A stretch of 64,000 nt of DNA, taken from NCBI GenBank assembly GCA_964036045.1, contig OZ038378.1:14942001-15006000 (forward strand), read 5' to 3'. The notes beneath the pieces are model-generated. The model searched no databases, was not told where the DNA came from, and saw only the letters and a program-made list of their open reading frames with translations. Source of the stretch: Eutreptiella sp. 'Long Island Sound 2002' (taxonomy: Eukaryota > Protista > Euglenida). A program made the position numbers and the translations under genes. Below are positions 1 to 10,588 of the stretch, piece after piece (positions within the stretch are counted from its first letter, which is position 1; every line of letters starts with the position of its first letter).

Positions 1-372
1 GAGCTTCCGCAGCCCCGTCGCGGTGGAGGGCCGCCTGCACTCTGCCACCCCCGACAGTGGCCGGGTCTTTGGGACAGCAGAGGAGGGCCGCGGCTTCAGG
101 GCTGCAGAGGCGGGCCGCGAGCGGGGGCGTGCAGCTGCGTCCTGCAGCTGCTGCTGGACCTGCCTGTCGCCGAAGCGCAGGTGTCCGGGATCCTCCTGTG
201 CAGCCACCCAAACGCGATCCAACTGCCGCTGGTAAATCGAAGTTGCGAACATGTGGCGGTGCTGGTCATTGAGGTCCGCTTTCAAAGGGGTGCGTTGCTT
301 GTTGCTGGGCCCGGCAGGGGGCTCTCCATGGGGGCCCAGGGCGAAGGGCAAGTGCTTGGTCCTTTTGACCGC
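1..372 (-). CDS. IQ-motif protein, exon 2 (partial, runs off window edge)
   Basis: A pyrimidine-rich tract and CTGCAG| acceptor end at 373, giving a 213-bp phase-0 GT-AG intron (373-585). The frame is open to position 1: AVKRTKHLPF...RPRSRPASAALKPRPSSA... Confidence 0.7.
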
Positions 373-585
373 CTGCAGGAGCATGGGAGAGGGGCACGAG
401 GGGATGGGCAGTGGAGGGCACCCCCCCCCCACACACGTACGACAGGGCAACATGGGGAAGGGCGCGGTTTGGCGATGATAGAACAAACGACCTGGCTGGC
501 AGACAACCAGTTTTTGTGCCAGGGAGCGAGCAGCGCATACAGGTCTGCATCACATCAGAGTAGTATGGCAGAGGGTAGGGGGCAC

Positions 586-2370
586 CTGCTGGACCTCGCC
601 ACGCAGCTCCTTGTTGGTGCTGCTGATCGCTTCCTTCAAAAACCGCCGCAGGCCGTTCTTGCGCTGGATCAGGCTCCAATCAGGAAACGAGGCACTGAGG
701 TCCCCCAGCAGCTCCACCGGCTCCCCTTTTGATGGGCCTTTGGCTCCAGTGGTGCCCCGCACAGCACTGCCGGGCAGCTTCCGCGACGTCTCAAAATACG
801 ACGGCTGGGAGGATGTCTGGAGAGTATTGGCCACAGGCGTCCGGGGCGACCTGGTGGTGCGGGCCGGCACTCCAGTGCCGCTTGCATCCTGGTTTGCGGC
901 GGCACCCCGCTCTGTATCCGGCCCGGGAGCCGTCACAGCCTGCCGCGCCAACCGATCCCAGCGGCGCTGGTGGTGCCCTCGCCACCGGGCCTGGATGCGG
1001 GTCGCATGCTCGTTGAGGAACGCCATGAACCGGAGGTAGGCCCCGAGGCGCACACGGCTCCGGAAGCCGCGCCAAAGGCGCTGCAGGGCAATGGCCGCAG
1101 CCCGCCGGGGACCAAAGTGGCCTCGCCACAGCCGCTGGATCGCGACGGCTGCATGCCACTGGGCGACGCGGTGCCTGTGCCGACTCACGAGCACCGCCGA
1201 GAGCTGCGCGCGCGCTTCCGTCTGGATCATGACCGCGCAGCTCATTCGGTACCGCGCGGCACGGGCGCGCGCCGCGTGCGCGCGCCACGCGCGCTCAACG
1301 CACGAGGCGGCCGCGGCGTGTCGTTGGTAACGTTTCTGCTGGGCCAAGCGGTCCGTCAGGTACCCCCGGCACGCCGCTTGGACGGTCAGCACCGCGAGCC
1401 GGTGCCCCCTCAGCGCGGCGACCCGCAGCGATGCCAGTGCCCGACACGCCGCTTGGATGCGCAGGGCTGCCGCACGCTCCCCCCGCCGCACACCCACCAT
1501 TCGGGTCGCCAGGCAGCTTCTGCCGACAGACTGAATCGCTACGGCAGCGCCCTCCTGCTGCCGCCGCAGCGCCCACACTCGTTGCGCAGTGCGCATGGCA
1601 AGTTGCATGCGGCACACGGCCTGCACAAGCCGCACGGCGCCGACACGGCGCTGTTCCCGGCGCCACAACACCGCGGTGATGGCGGTGGAGGCGTAGGCGC
1701 GGCAGGCACACTGGAGGTCGAGGGCCGCCGAATGCAACAACGTCTTGTGTCGGATTCTCCGCCGGCGCTTGTACAACCGCCAGCTGCTCTGGATCGTCAT
1801 GGCAGCGGAGTGCCGCTGCACCGCGAGCCGCTGCTTGGCCCGCACGCGATGGTGTCGCGCATGCGCCCGCCACCACGCCTGCACCTTCTCCGCTGCAATG
1901 GACCGCTTCATGACGTCGTCCGTCGCCGGGAGCACCCCTGCAAAGGCCCGCTGGAGCCGGTCGTGTTCCGCAGTGAAGCGCGCGAACAAGTTCCTTGATA
2001 ATCGCCGGCGCTGCTCCATCCTTCTGGCAAAGCTCCGCCAGTGCTCCACGATGCACCTGACGGCCCGGGATGGCACATCCACGGGCCGCGGCGGAGCCTC
2101 GGCGGACACGGCACCACCGGCTTCACCACATATCTCAAGCTCCCCATCCGTAGACTGCCGTCGGCTGTGGACGAGATGACTTGAGCCGAAGCCGGGGCCG
2201 GGTGACCCGGTCATGATGGAGGACACGACGTCGTCGTCGTCGCTGTCCAGTGACGTGTCGGTGGAGTCCGACGTGAACCCCGACACCCCCGAAGAGAACG
2301 AGGACGTGGAGTGGGATACGGGGAGGTCATCGGTGGAGTGTGTCTTTGAGGATGAAGCTCTGGACGCCAT
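586..2370 (-). CDS. IQ calmodulin-binding motif repeat protein, exon 1 (595 codons)
   Basis: The long GC-rich ORF has an acidic Ser/Asp N-terminus and about 12 IQ-like motifs (VQAWWRAH, IQSSWRLY, IQAACRAL, VQAACRGY, IQRLWRGH, LQRLWRGF, IQARWRGH). The start context is GCCGCCATG. The donor CAG|GTGCCC is at 585. Confidence 0.85.
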
Positions 2371-2809
2371 GGCGGCCTGTCACGTGCGTGCCACTGTCAG
2401 GCCCGCGGCCCCCACTCAGTGCAGTCCCACAGGGCCTACCAGGGTCTACCACGGCATAAGACAACTGCAGGAAGTGAGGCAGGGCGGTCTTTAACACAAA
2501 AAAAAAAGTGTTAATGTACTCAGGTTTCCCAAAAACGCCCGCGCGCACTCCATTTCACCATTTGTTCCTAGCCCTATATGTCTTTAACCATGGGTTCCCA
2601 GTTGCTCAACCATTGGTTCCCATCCCCTCATGGGTGCAATTTTTGAAGCATTTGTTCCCGCCGCCAAATGTGTTCAAAGATGGCATCCGAACCCTACCTG
2701 ACACCCTGCACAATTCAAGACGGAGAAGATCACACTTTTTTCGCATCAAATGAAATGCCACAGCGTTCGACCACCCGAATGTTCCATCGCCAGTGGCGGC
2801 TGACAATCC

Positions 2810-3638
2810 CTACACTTGGTACACCTGTTGGAAATGTGCCGTAACCCGCCCCATAAGGTCACCCTTTGCCCCTCTCACGCTCAAACCATGCTTCTTGCAA
2901 ATAGCGCGGAACTCAACGTTGGTCCACTCATACAACTTACCCCTCTCCATGGTCTTCAACACTGCCTCATCCACACCATACTTGAAAACCAACTGCGTGG
3001 AAGGGTTAGCGGAGGGAGCGGAGGTAGAGGACAGGGCTGGCAGGTTAGGAAGGTCAGAAGAAGAGCTACTAGCAACTTCTTTTTTTTTTTTTGTTCTGAC
3101 ACTGGTGAGTTCAGCCATCAAGGCAGATAGTGTGCTTAGGCAGCAGTGGCCTAGAGGTATGTACAGCAAAGTCAGCTTAGCCATTGGGTTGGACGCGGGT
3201 GAGGCAGTTCTCCACAGAGGGAGAGCCCAATGGGGGCGCAGGACCTGTACTAGCAACTTCGCCCGCCCTATCCAAATCCTCCTCATCAGTGGCCTCGTCC
3301 TCATCCTCCAAGGCAACACCATACACATCCCCGATGTCGGCATCACCGGTTGCCCTCGTGGGGACAACCCACAAATCTGAAACCTCCAGAGGAACTTCTG
3401 CCTTTGCACCTTCTTCCGCCGAAACTTGCAAATTTTTGAAAGCTGCAAATCCTAGCAAAGTACCATCCTCCACCTCAACGACATTCCCTTCCTTCCGCTT
3501 TCGTGGACGAAAAGGGGTCTTGCGGAGCTCATTGAAAACCTCAAAAGGCCCCCAGTCCTCCGGAGCTTCCCCATTACACCTCACCCACAGTGTCTCACAC
3601 ATGCGCTCTGTGCTTTGCCCAACGTCAGTGGCAGTCAC
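2810..3638 (-). pseudogene. Decayed ORF with an acidic tract and a SAP DNA-binding motif (probable transposon remnant)
   Basis: LYEWTNVEFRAICKKHGLSVRGAKGDLMGRV (about 2830-2935) fits the SAP pattern. The acidic segment EDEDEATDEEDLD lies in another frame. Frames switch and in-frame stops flank the region. Confidence 0.5.
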
Positions 3639-4890
3639 ACCCTCTCATAGGAACATGAGCTTGCCTCAACCCAACTCTCCACTGCAACACCACCACCCCA
3701 CACAAATTCATTAAAACATTTTTGCACAGCTTCAATCAGAGTGCGAAGAAACTTGATCCGGCTACCCTGGATGGGGCGGCTCCCTACCTCAACACCCAAC
3801 CCTTCCTCCCAACCCCCTGGAGTCACTTTGCCACTAGTGTCCCATGGATCAGAAAGCCAAGTGTCCACTTGTTTGGGTGGGAAGTGCGGGTGCAGGCCGC
3901 GCTGACGGAGGGCAACGCCTGATAGTGTGTGCCAACCATTACGTTGTCACTTCCAAGAACCACTCGATGATCCCCTTGTAAACGTACTGCACGGGGGCCG
4001 CCGCCAGCCAATGTGTGACCCCGAGGGGTGTGCGACAGTTTGGGGGGCTGTAGGGGGGGGAAGGGGACCCACCCCCCCTTGGTTGACCCAAACCTTGGGG
4101 GTCGGCGGGTCGGGCGGTCAGCCACCGCCCCCCCCCCCCAGGGGGGGGGGGGTCGGTGGGTACCCCAACATACATACCTCAAAATGATCCCCATGACACA
4201 CTGATCATTTTGAATATGCACAAGTGGGGTAAAAATTTTTTCAAAAAAATTGCCCATCAACTCAGGCTCCCATCAGCCAAGGTCCGACCTGGAGGCCGGT
4301 CGGGGTCAAAATACAGACACATAGGGTCGAACAAAAAAATTTCCCCCTGCCATATGCCTAAAACAAAATCTCCGGCGCCTCTGGCGCCCACAAAACCCAT
4401 TGTTCTGTACAACCATTTTGGGGTCTGTAGAGGGGGGGGGGGGTACCCCCACCCCCCTTTGGGGGTCGGGTCCTGACCAGGATCGGCCCCGTGACGTACT
4501 GGGTCCAGTACTACTACCAAGTGTTTCCCTGGCCGCCCAGACAACAGCCACAACACCCCCCTAGCTCTGCCCGACTGGCTCTCTGCCTCTCTGGCAGCAG
4601 GACTAGGGCACATTTGGAGATGGATTACCCTCCACCCACAGCCCATACCCTGCCTGCATCCGCTTGGCTGAGCCATCTGCATGTACAATTTTCCACCCAG
4701 CCACCAAACTGCACCAACTCTAATTCACGCACCAATATGTCCCTGTATGATCCCCACTTCTCCTCCTTATGTGCCTCCTCCTGCAACTTACTGGCACCCA
4801 TCCACACAGTGGTTGGCGCCTCTAGCGCCTGAAAATACCATGACATCATGCTTCGACAATCCATGCAACAGTTTGATCTTTTTTTGGGGG

Positions 4891-5046
4891 GTTCAGAACA
4901 AGATGAGCTGGCGTAGCCTGCTTAGTTCACAGTACCCGAGATAACCTCTTGGGTTCAAGGTTCAGAGCTGTCCAGTGCTACGATGATCCCACAATGGTCG
5001 TTGTAGCGGATTTAACACGTAGTGAGGATCGGCTGAGTCTGAAACA
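4891..5046 (+). repeat. Dispersed ~150-bp repeat, copy 1
   Basis: CAAGATGAGCTGGCGTAGCCTGCT...GGTTCAGAGCTGTCCAGTGCTACGAT..CCCACAATGG...GCTGAGTCTGAAAC recurs at 50785-50946 and partially at about 57974-58040. Confidence 0.8.
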
Positions 5047-5189
5047 AGGTTATGCAGTGGGAGACTCAATCCATGCACTTGGGGGCGTTTTTGCACAGCG
5101 CACGCACAGCGCCAATTATTACGTTGTTTATCCTGGGAACACCCCTGAAAACCACCCACCTACAGAAGTGTGCATGATCCATTCAAAAC

Positions 5190-5320
5190 AGCGTCGGGGA
5201 TGCAGAATTCAGGACCCTGGACCCGTGGCAAGCATCAGACTAAGACAAAAAAGCCCTGGTGTACCAGCAGGGGCTGTAGGGTCCAGAATTCAGGACCCTG
5301 GGACCCGTGGCTACCAGTGG
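5190..5320 (+). repeat. ~80-bp imperfect tandem repeat; related array in opposite orientation at 55205-55405
   Basis: The unit AGAATTCAGGACCCTGG(G)ACCCGTGGC is repeated. The reverse complement of 55205-55405 contains AGGACCCTGGAACCTGTGACAAGCATCAGA(C/T)T in 2-3 units. Confidence 0.7.
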
Positions 5321-6875
5321 TGGAAAACAGCCGTCTTTTTGCACAGGCGCACACAGCGCACGGTGCACCCCCCTAGTTTAATCACGTGCCGCAAAAGTTG
5401 TTGGCCGCATGACGTGTTACGGGCTGTGAAGATTCAATGGACAGCTTCAGTATGCTTTAGTGTACGATCCTAGGATGTAACACTGGCTTGCCTCCATGAG
5501 CCATGCCGGTTTCTGTCACAGATTGCGCAGTCTCTTCCGCTTGAACCACCATCAGTCTCAACCTGTGATTTGGACCCTGTAGAATCATCTGACTCTTCTC
5601 TCGAAGAAGAAGAAGAGGGAGGGGACTATGCTACTTTAACTTATTGGTGCAAGTGTCCCATCATCACGTCATCACCATGTCTATTGGGGCCCTGTGAGCA
5701 AATGCGCACAGCAGGCGCATGGCAGACACATCACAAGCAAACACAGGGAAATCTAGTACAGACCTCCAATTGAGTCGACAAGCATCAACACACTGAATTC
5801 CCTATCGGAAGGCCCACTGACTAATGTGAAATAACTTCAAAATAACTTAAACTTAAGTACATACTCTGTTTCCCAAACAATTGCACACTTCATAGTGTGA
5901 AGGCAAGAACCCGAAAAGTGGGCTATGGACAGTGCCAGCAATACAAAAAGGCACCCCATGATAGGACCGAGAGGGGAACTCGTCACAGAAGTGCCGTGCA
6001 TGAGCCGTGCAGGGACTCCTTCCAACCGAGGGTCAGCTTTGCCAATGAGGAACGCCGTACGTGATGTGCACAACACCTCCGCACTGGCTATCCCTCGATA
6101 AATGAGCAGGGGTCGCCACACAAACAGGTAGGGGAAGCCGTATGCCCGCACAGTGCACAGCCCTGCAGCCCTGCAGCCCCCCCTCCTTTGCAAACCCTGT
6201 GAAACCTTGAAAAACCTGTGTGTGTTCGTGGGGCAAGGGGAATAGAGACGGGGTTGCCAAATAGAATTCGCCAGCTTGACTACCAGTGGACACCAATTGA
6301 ACCACAGCCGGTGAGGGCCACAGGCCAGTGGTCAGGGATGGAGCCAGAGGTGAAGAAAGAGACGGCCAGAAGCCTTCGCTGTTGACAGGTCTTGTACATT
6401 GACACCCACAGGCCAACAGAGCCACAGGATTTGGCACTCCTTAATGGAGTGCTGCGTTGGGGTCTGGCAACGACCTCATGTGGCACCGAGATTGCACACT
6501 GCGCCCCTGCAAGGCGGAGCAGAGCTGTGCAAGGGCCATAGAACGGACAGAGCCCCTCGAAGGGCCCGTGCAGTGAAAGATGGAGGTGACCTACAGCAGA
6601 TAGGCAGGCACCATTCTGATGGCCACACCTATGACATGAAGCCTATTGTACAATGGCCCCAACACACAGGCTCATAGATCGCAGAAGCAGTGGACAGAGA
6701 CAGGGTCTGCATATGAATGGGCCCTGTGCTCAAACCTGGCGTTTCGTTTTCTGACTTGAATAAAAGCACGTGAAGCAAATGATTAAGAACCGGGAGGCTC
6801 TGGGGTCGGCTTGTGTGGCACAGGCCTGGGGTCTCCTGGGGCTACTCTGCACCCTCACAGCTTCTTCCGGAAGCT

Positions 6876-7928
6876 CTACACCACAACGCCATCCACAGGC
6901 ACCTCCTTGCAAGGCTCGTAGGCTGAGACCAGAACGACGCCTGGTACCACAGCTTTTTGGTCATCTGTGGAGTCTCGTGAGCAGAGGCAACAACAGAAGA
7001 CAAGCGCCAGGGCCACGACGACGCATCCCACCAGTACTGCCACAATGCTGGGGCTTATTGCAAAGCCCTCCATGATGGTGTCCAGCGAGGACCGATGGTG
7101 CAGGCAGCGGGGGGGCAATGACTGCGCATCTGCCGGACAGAACGCCTCCGTGCACGCCACACGGTGGCCGTGCTCCACAATGCAGACATTGCAGCCGTCA
7201 AACCAACTTGTGCAGTCCAGAGGGATCGGGGCTACGGATCGGGGGCGATGCACCAGGCAATGGGCCCGCCCGGGGCGGTCACACCACCGCGTCGTGCAGC
7301 CAAGCACACTGCCATCGGGCGATACTTCGCATGTGTTGCAGCCATCGTACCATTTGAAGCAGCCTGGCTCTGGACCCAGGGCAACGGGTCGACCAGAGGC
7401 GCTGCCACCGAACTTGTGCTCGCTGCCACCGAACCAGGCCATAGCGTCACCGTCGGCGATGTAGGACTCGGGGGCTGAGCCTCCATGTTGTCCAGGGCTA
7501 CTGCTGCCGTAGACGTCCTCGGAGCCACCGAACCAATCCACAGGGGGACCGTCAGAAATCCCGATGTTGCTGCTGTCATCACTGTCCCATGACTCCATGG
7601 ACCCCTCGAATAGGCCAAACTCAATCGACCCCACCATCGAGTCAGTGCTGCTGTCGTCGGACGCCCCGCTGTCAATGTCGGCAGATCCAACGCCGAGCGA
7701 CTCCGAGTCTCCACTCATTGAATCAGCGTCGGGGTCATAGCCTCCGAACACACGCCCTATGACATGCACGACCTTGTTTACGATTGCAGTACTGACAAAA
7801 TCCGCGCAGAAGGGCTTGCTCTTCTCGGCACAGTACATCTCCGTGCAGAACTGAATGACCCCGTTCTTCACAGTGCAGCTGTTGCATCCGTCGTACCATC
7901 GAGTGCAGCTCTGAGGGATCGAGGGGCC
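6876..7928 (-). CDS. Type I membrane protein with pacifastin-like Cys repeats, exon 2 (repeats 2-4, Ser/Gly/Asp linker, TM helix, short tail)
   Basis: The phase-0 acceptor TTATCAG|GGC is at 7929, giving a 1556-bp GT-AG intron. There are three CxxW(Y/F)DGCNxC...G...CTxxxC...C repeats and a hydrophobic segment IVAVLVGCVVVALALVF followed by CCCLC. The spliced inter-repeat linker (15 aa) matches the repeat 3-4 linker (14 aa). Total length is 419 aa. Confidence 0.85.
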   Translation of the reverse strand, partial: GPSIPQSCTRWYDGCNSCTVKNGVIQFCTEMYCAEKSKPFCADFVSTAIVNKVVHVIGRVFGGYDPDADSMSGDSESLGVGSADIDSGASDDSSTDSMVGSIEFGLFEGSMESWDSDDSSNIGISDGPPVDWFGGSEDVYGSSSPGQHGGSAPESYIADGDAMAWFGGSEHKFGGSASGRPVALGPEPGCFKWYDGCNTCEVSPDGSVLGCTTRWCDRPGRAHCLVHRPRSVAPIPLDCTSWFDGCNVCIVEHGHRVACTEAFCPADAQSLPPRCLHHRSSLDTIMEGFAISPSIVAVLVGCVVVALALVFCCCLCSRDSTDDQKAVVPGVVLVSAYEPCKEVPVDGVVV

Positions 7929-9484
7929 CTGATAACACATGGGTGGCATGCACACAGTATTGGGGTCAAAGCGAAGCTTTCCGCACTTGTCTTTGTGCAT
8001 GGGGGCGTACATCCGGTGCAATGACAAGCCCGTTTTCAGGTTTGGGAAGATATGTGCGGCGGGAAGACTGACTTTGTTTCCCAAAGCCGTCCACCAACAG
8101 CTTGAGGAACCTGTTCGCACGGAGGGACTTGACCGTTGCACGCCCACCAGTTCAACTATTTTGGCCGCACTACTGTCTCTTTTGCCTCTGAACAGCCTCT
8201 CACGCACATGTTGCTGAACACAGACTTGCCAAAGCAGGAAGGATACACTCAGGGTCCACTGGCTCTGGACAGGGAACTTTTTTCTTGTTTTCAGACATGT
8301 TTCTCAAACGCACAACACATTGACAAGGATGACAGCTGTGGACTGCACAGCAGGCGGAGGCAGCAGTGCAGCTTTGTGGGCTTGTGCCCCATGTTTGCGT
8401 GCAACTGCTCCATCTGTACTCCTCGTCTTCTTGCCAAGCACATGGTCCTTTACAATAGCCCCCGTTGACATCAACCGCGTTGCACAAATGCTACAATAAA
8501 GCTTTTCAGGCCATGCACCGCGCTACGGGGTCATTCCATCTGAGATGCTCACCAGTGCCCTCAACAACTCCCCACTGCAAGCAGTCATTGGTATCCGCGG
8601 TTGCGGTTGTGCATGGAAACATTTGATTGGGAAAGTGGTGTCTCTGCAGCTGTTGTGTTGCTCATGAAAGGGGCGAACAGAGAAACCTGTGCAGCATACC
8701 AAATGATGCCATGCAAACACTATGGTGGTGCGGCATGCTGCGGCTGGTCTTGCTTCACTGTGTATCAGATGGCTCGTGCCATATCTCCTGGGCCTGTGGG
8801 TGTCACTCAAACCTCATGTCAGGTGGTTGCAGCTGGGGGCTCAGGCTTTCTGCGTTAGCCCCTCGTCCACCCGGCAGGCCAGACTGAACCAGCTTGATAC
8901 AGCACTTGCACCCTGCGGGGCTGTGCAGGAGTGCAGGGGTGTTGTGTTGTGGTGGTCGTCCCCCTCGCTGATCCAATTCCTTGGGCGCGCCTGAAGAGGC
9001 GGTCGCCTCATGGGGTGGTGGTTTGTTGACAGTAGGGGGGGGGGGGGTTCTATACAAGCTGAGAGGATATCATGCAGTACAGCCGGTGGCCAGTGCCTCT
9101 TTCATTGTGTGACCCCCGGTTTGTGGCTCAACGCCATTTGCAGCGGGGAGTGGCAGGCAGAGTGCAGGGAGAGCACGGTCCGGGGTGCCCATCCTTGGAC
9201 AGACCCCTGCTTCTGTGTGGACCAGGAGGTGTACCAAACAGAGTAAAAGTCAATAAGAAGGCACGTGCAGTGCACTTTGTGTGACAACTCCCCTCCCCCT
9301 TCGCAATTCTGGTCAAACATGGCATGGATTGCCTGGAAAAATCCGAGAGAGAGTGACTGGCCTTCTGAAGGCACCCCAAAAGCCACCAGGTGGTGGAAAA
9401 GGTTGTGCATAAGGATACGCCTGGGGCCTAGGGGTGAAGCCGTGCGTGTGGCTGTGGGCGAGGCTAAGGATATCACTGTTGTAC

Positions 9485-9691
9485 CTCGGGCTTTGAGAAA
9501 TATGCTCGGCACTCTGGAGTGTCTTGAACTTCACAGGCCATCTCCGTGCATTCCTGCACCTGCCCATCTTTGGACACAGTGCACGTGTTGCAGCCATCGT
9601 ACCACACCTTGCAATTCACTGGCGGCGCTTCCATGGCTCTGACCCCAAGCAGGGCGGTCAGCCCAAGTACAGTCAGGCTCAACTTCCACAT
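9485..9691 (-). CDS. Type I membrane protein with pacifastin-like Cys repeats, exon 1 (signal peptide plus repeat 1)
   Basis: MWKLSLTVLGLTALLGVRA is a signal-peptide-like start, followed by CKVWYDGCNTCTVSKDGQVQECTEMAC..C. The phase-0 donor GAG|GTACAA is at 9484. Confidence 0.85.
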
Positions 9692-10329
9692 TTGTCTTCA
9701 GATGAAAACCTGCAACATGCCATTTTGAGGAGCGGGTGCCTCATGCCATACAACGAGGCTCTTGCACAGTGACCCTTCTTTGCAAACACTGTGCAGTCCT
9801 CAGCTTCCGTCCTCGAGTGCTCCTTGCAACTCCTACTACTCCCCAATGCTCACTGCTTGGAATCAAGGTCAAGATGTTTTGCAAGACCCATGCCCTCGTT
9901 CTGCTCTTCCAGACTTTCACGCAGACCGTGGAGTCATCGCAAAGGCAGGGGTCCCACTTCTGCAGCCATGAAGTACATTCAGTACCCTCACCCCCCCTTG
10001 TCCTTCCCCATCCCAGGGAAGACAGTCCCCCGCCACTACCCAGGGGACTGCCGCCAAGCGACGGTCCCCCACCCCCCCTGGGGGACTGTATTACTGATGT
10101 AAACGCACACTGCGGGGCACAGAAACTGCGGCCAAAAACGAAATCACAAAGGATGTGGGAGAGAGCCCGTGAGGTGGATACAATTGTCCTCCTGTGGCTG
10201 TGGCTGTCAGGGCTACAAAAAGGCATGAAGCGTGCTCTGGAGAGACCGCTTCTGATGAGGGTAGACAGCCGCCCGTTGCACGGCCCGAGTCGAGGATGAA
10301 GCCTCCGAGTGGGCAAGGCGGGGTGGAGA

Positions 10330-10588
10330 GCGAACCCGTGGTAGTGAGAGGCGCTGGACAGATGCAAAGTCATGCACAACTGGCTTGCCACCACGCTCAA
10401 CAATGATGCGGCTGGACAGATGCACAGTCATGCACAACTGGCTTGCCACCACGCTCAAAAATGATGCGGCGTCACGCATCACCACGCTCTGAGTAGCCAA
10501 CAACCTGCCCCGGTGCACATGCCCCTCTGGAGGGGGTGTACATCACACTCGTCCCAGGGGTGAACATGGTTGTGCTGTCAGGTTCCAT
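10330..10588 (-). pseudogene. Decayed 'MEPDS' ORF with a Tudor/SH3-like N-terminal module, copy A
   Basis: Translates MEPDSTTMFTPGTSVMYTPSRGACAPGQVVGYSERGDA*RRIIFERGGKPVVHD with an in-frame stop. It is homologous to 48628-48960, and the two copies share upstream non-coding sequence (10570-10670 vs 48940-49030). Confidence 0.6.
10353..10468. repeat. 58-bp tandem duplication (2 copies)
   Basis: GCTGGACAGATGCA(A/C)AGTCATGCACAACTGGCTTGCCACCACGCTCAA(C/A)AATGATGCG occurs twice. Confidence 0.9.

Noticed and set aside
611-2179. Plus-strand ORFs overlapping the IQ gene
   Set aside because: These are shadow ORFs of a GC-rich coding sequence, and only the minus-strand frame has motifs.
7929-8207. N-terminal 93 codons of the 443-aa ORF as real protein
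   Set aside because: There is no signal peptide. A phase-0 acceptor at 7929 joins cleanly to the signal-peptide exon at 9485-9691, so this stretch is intronic.
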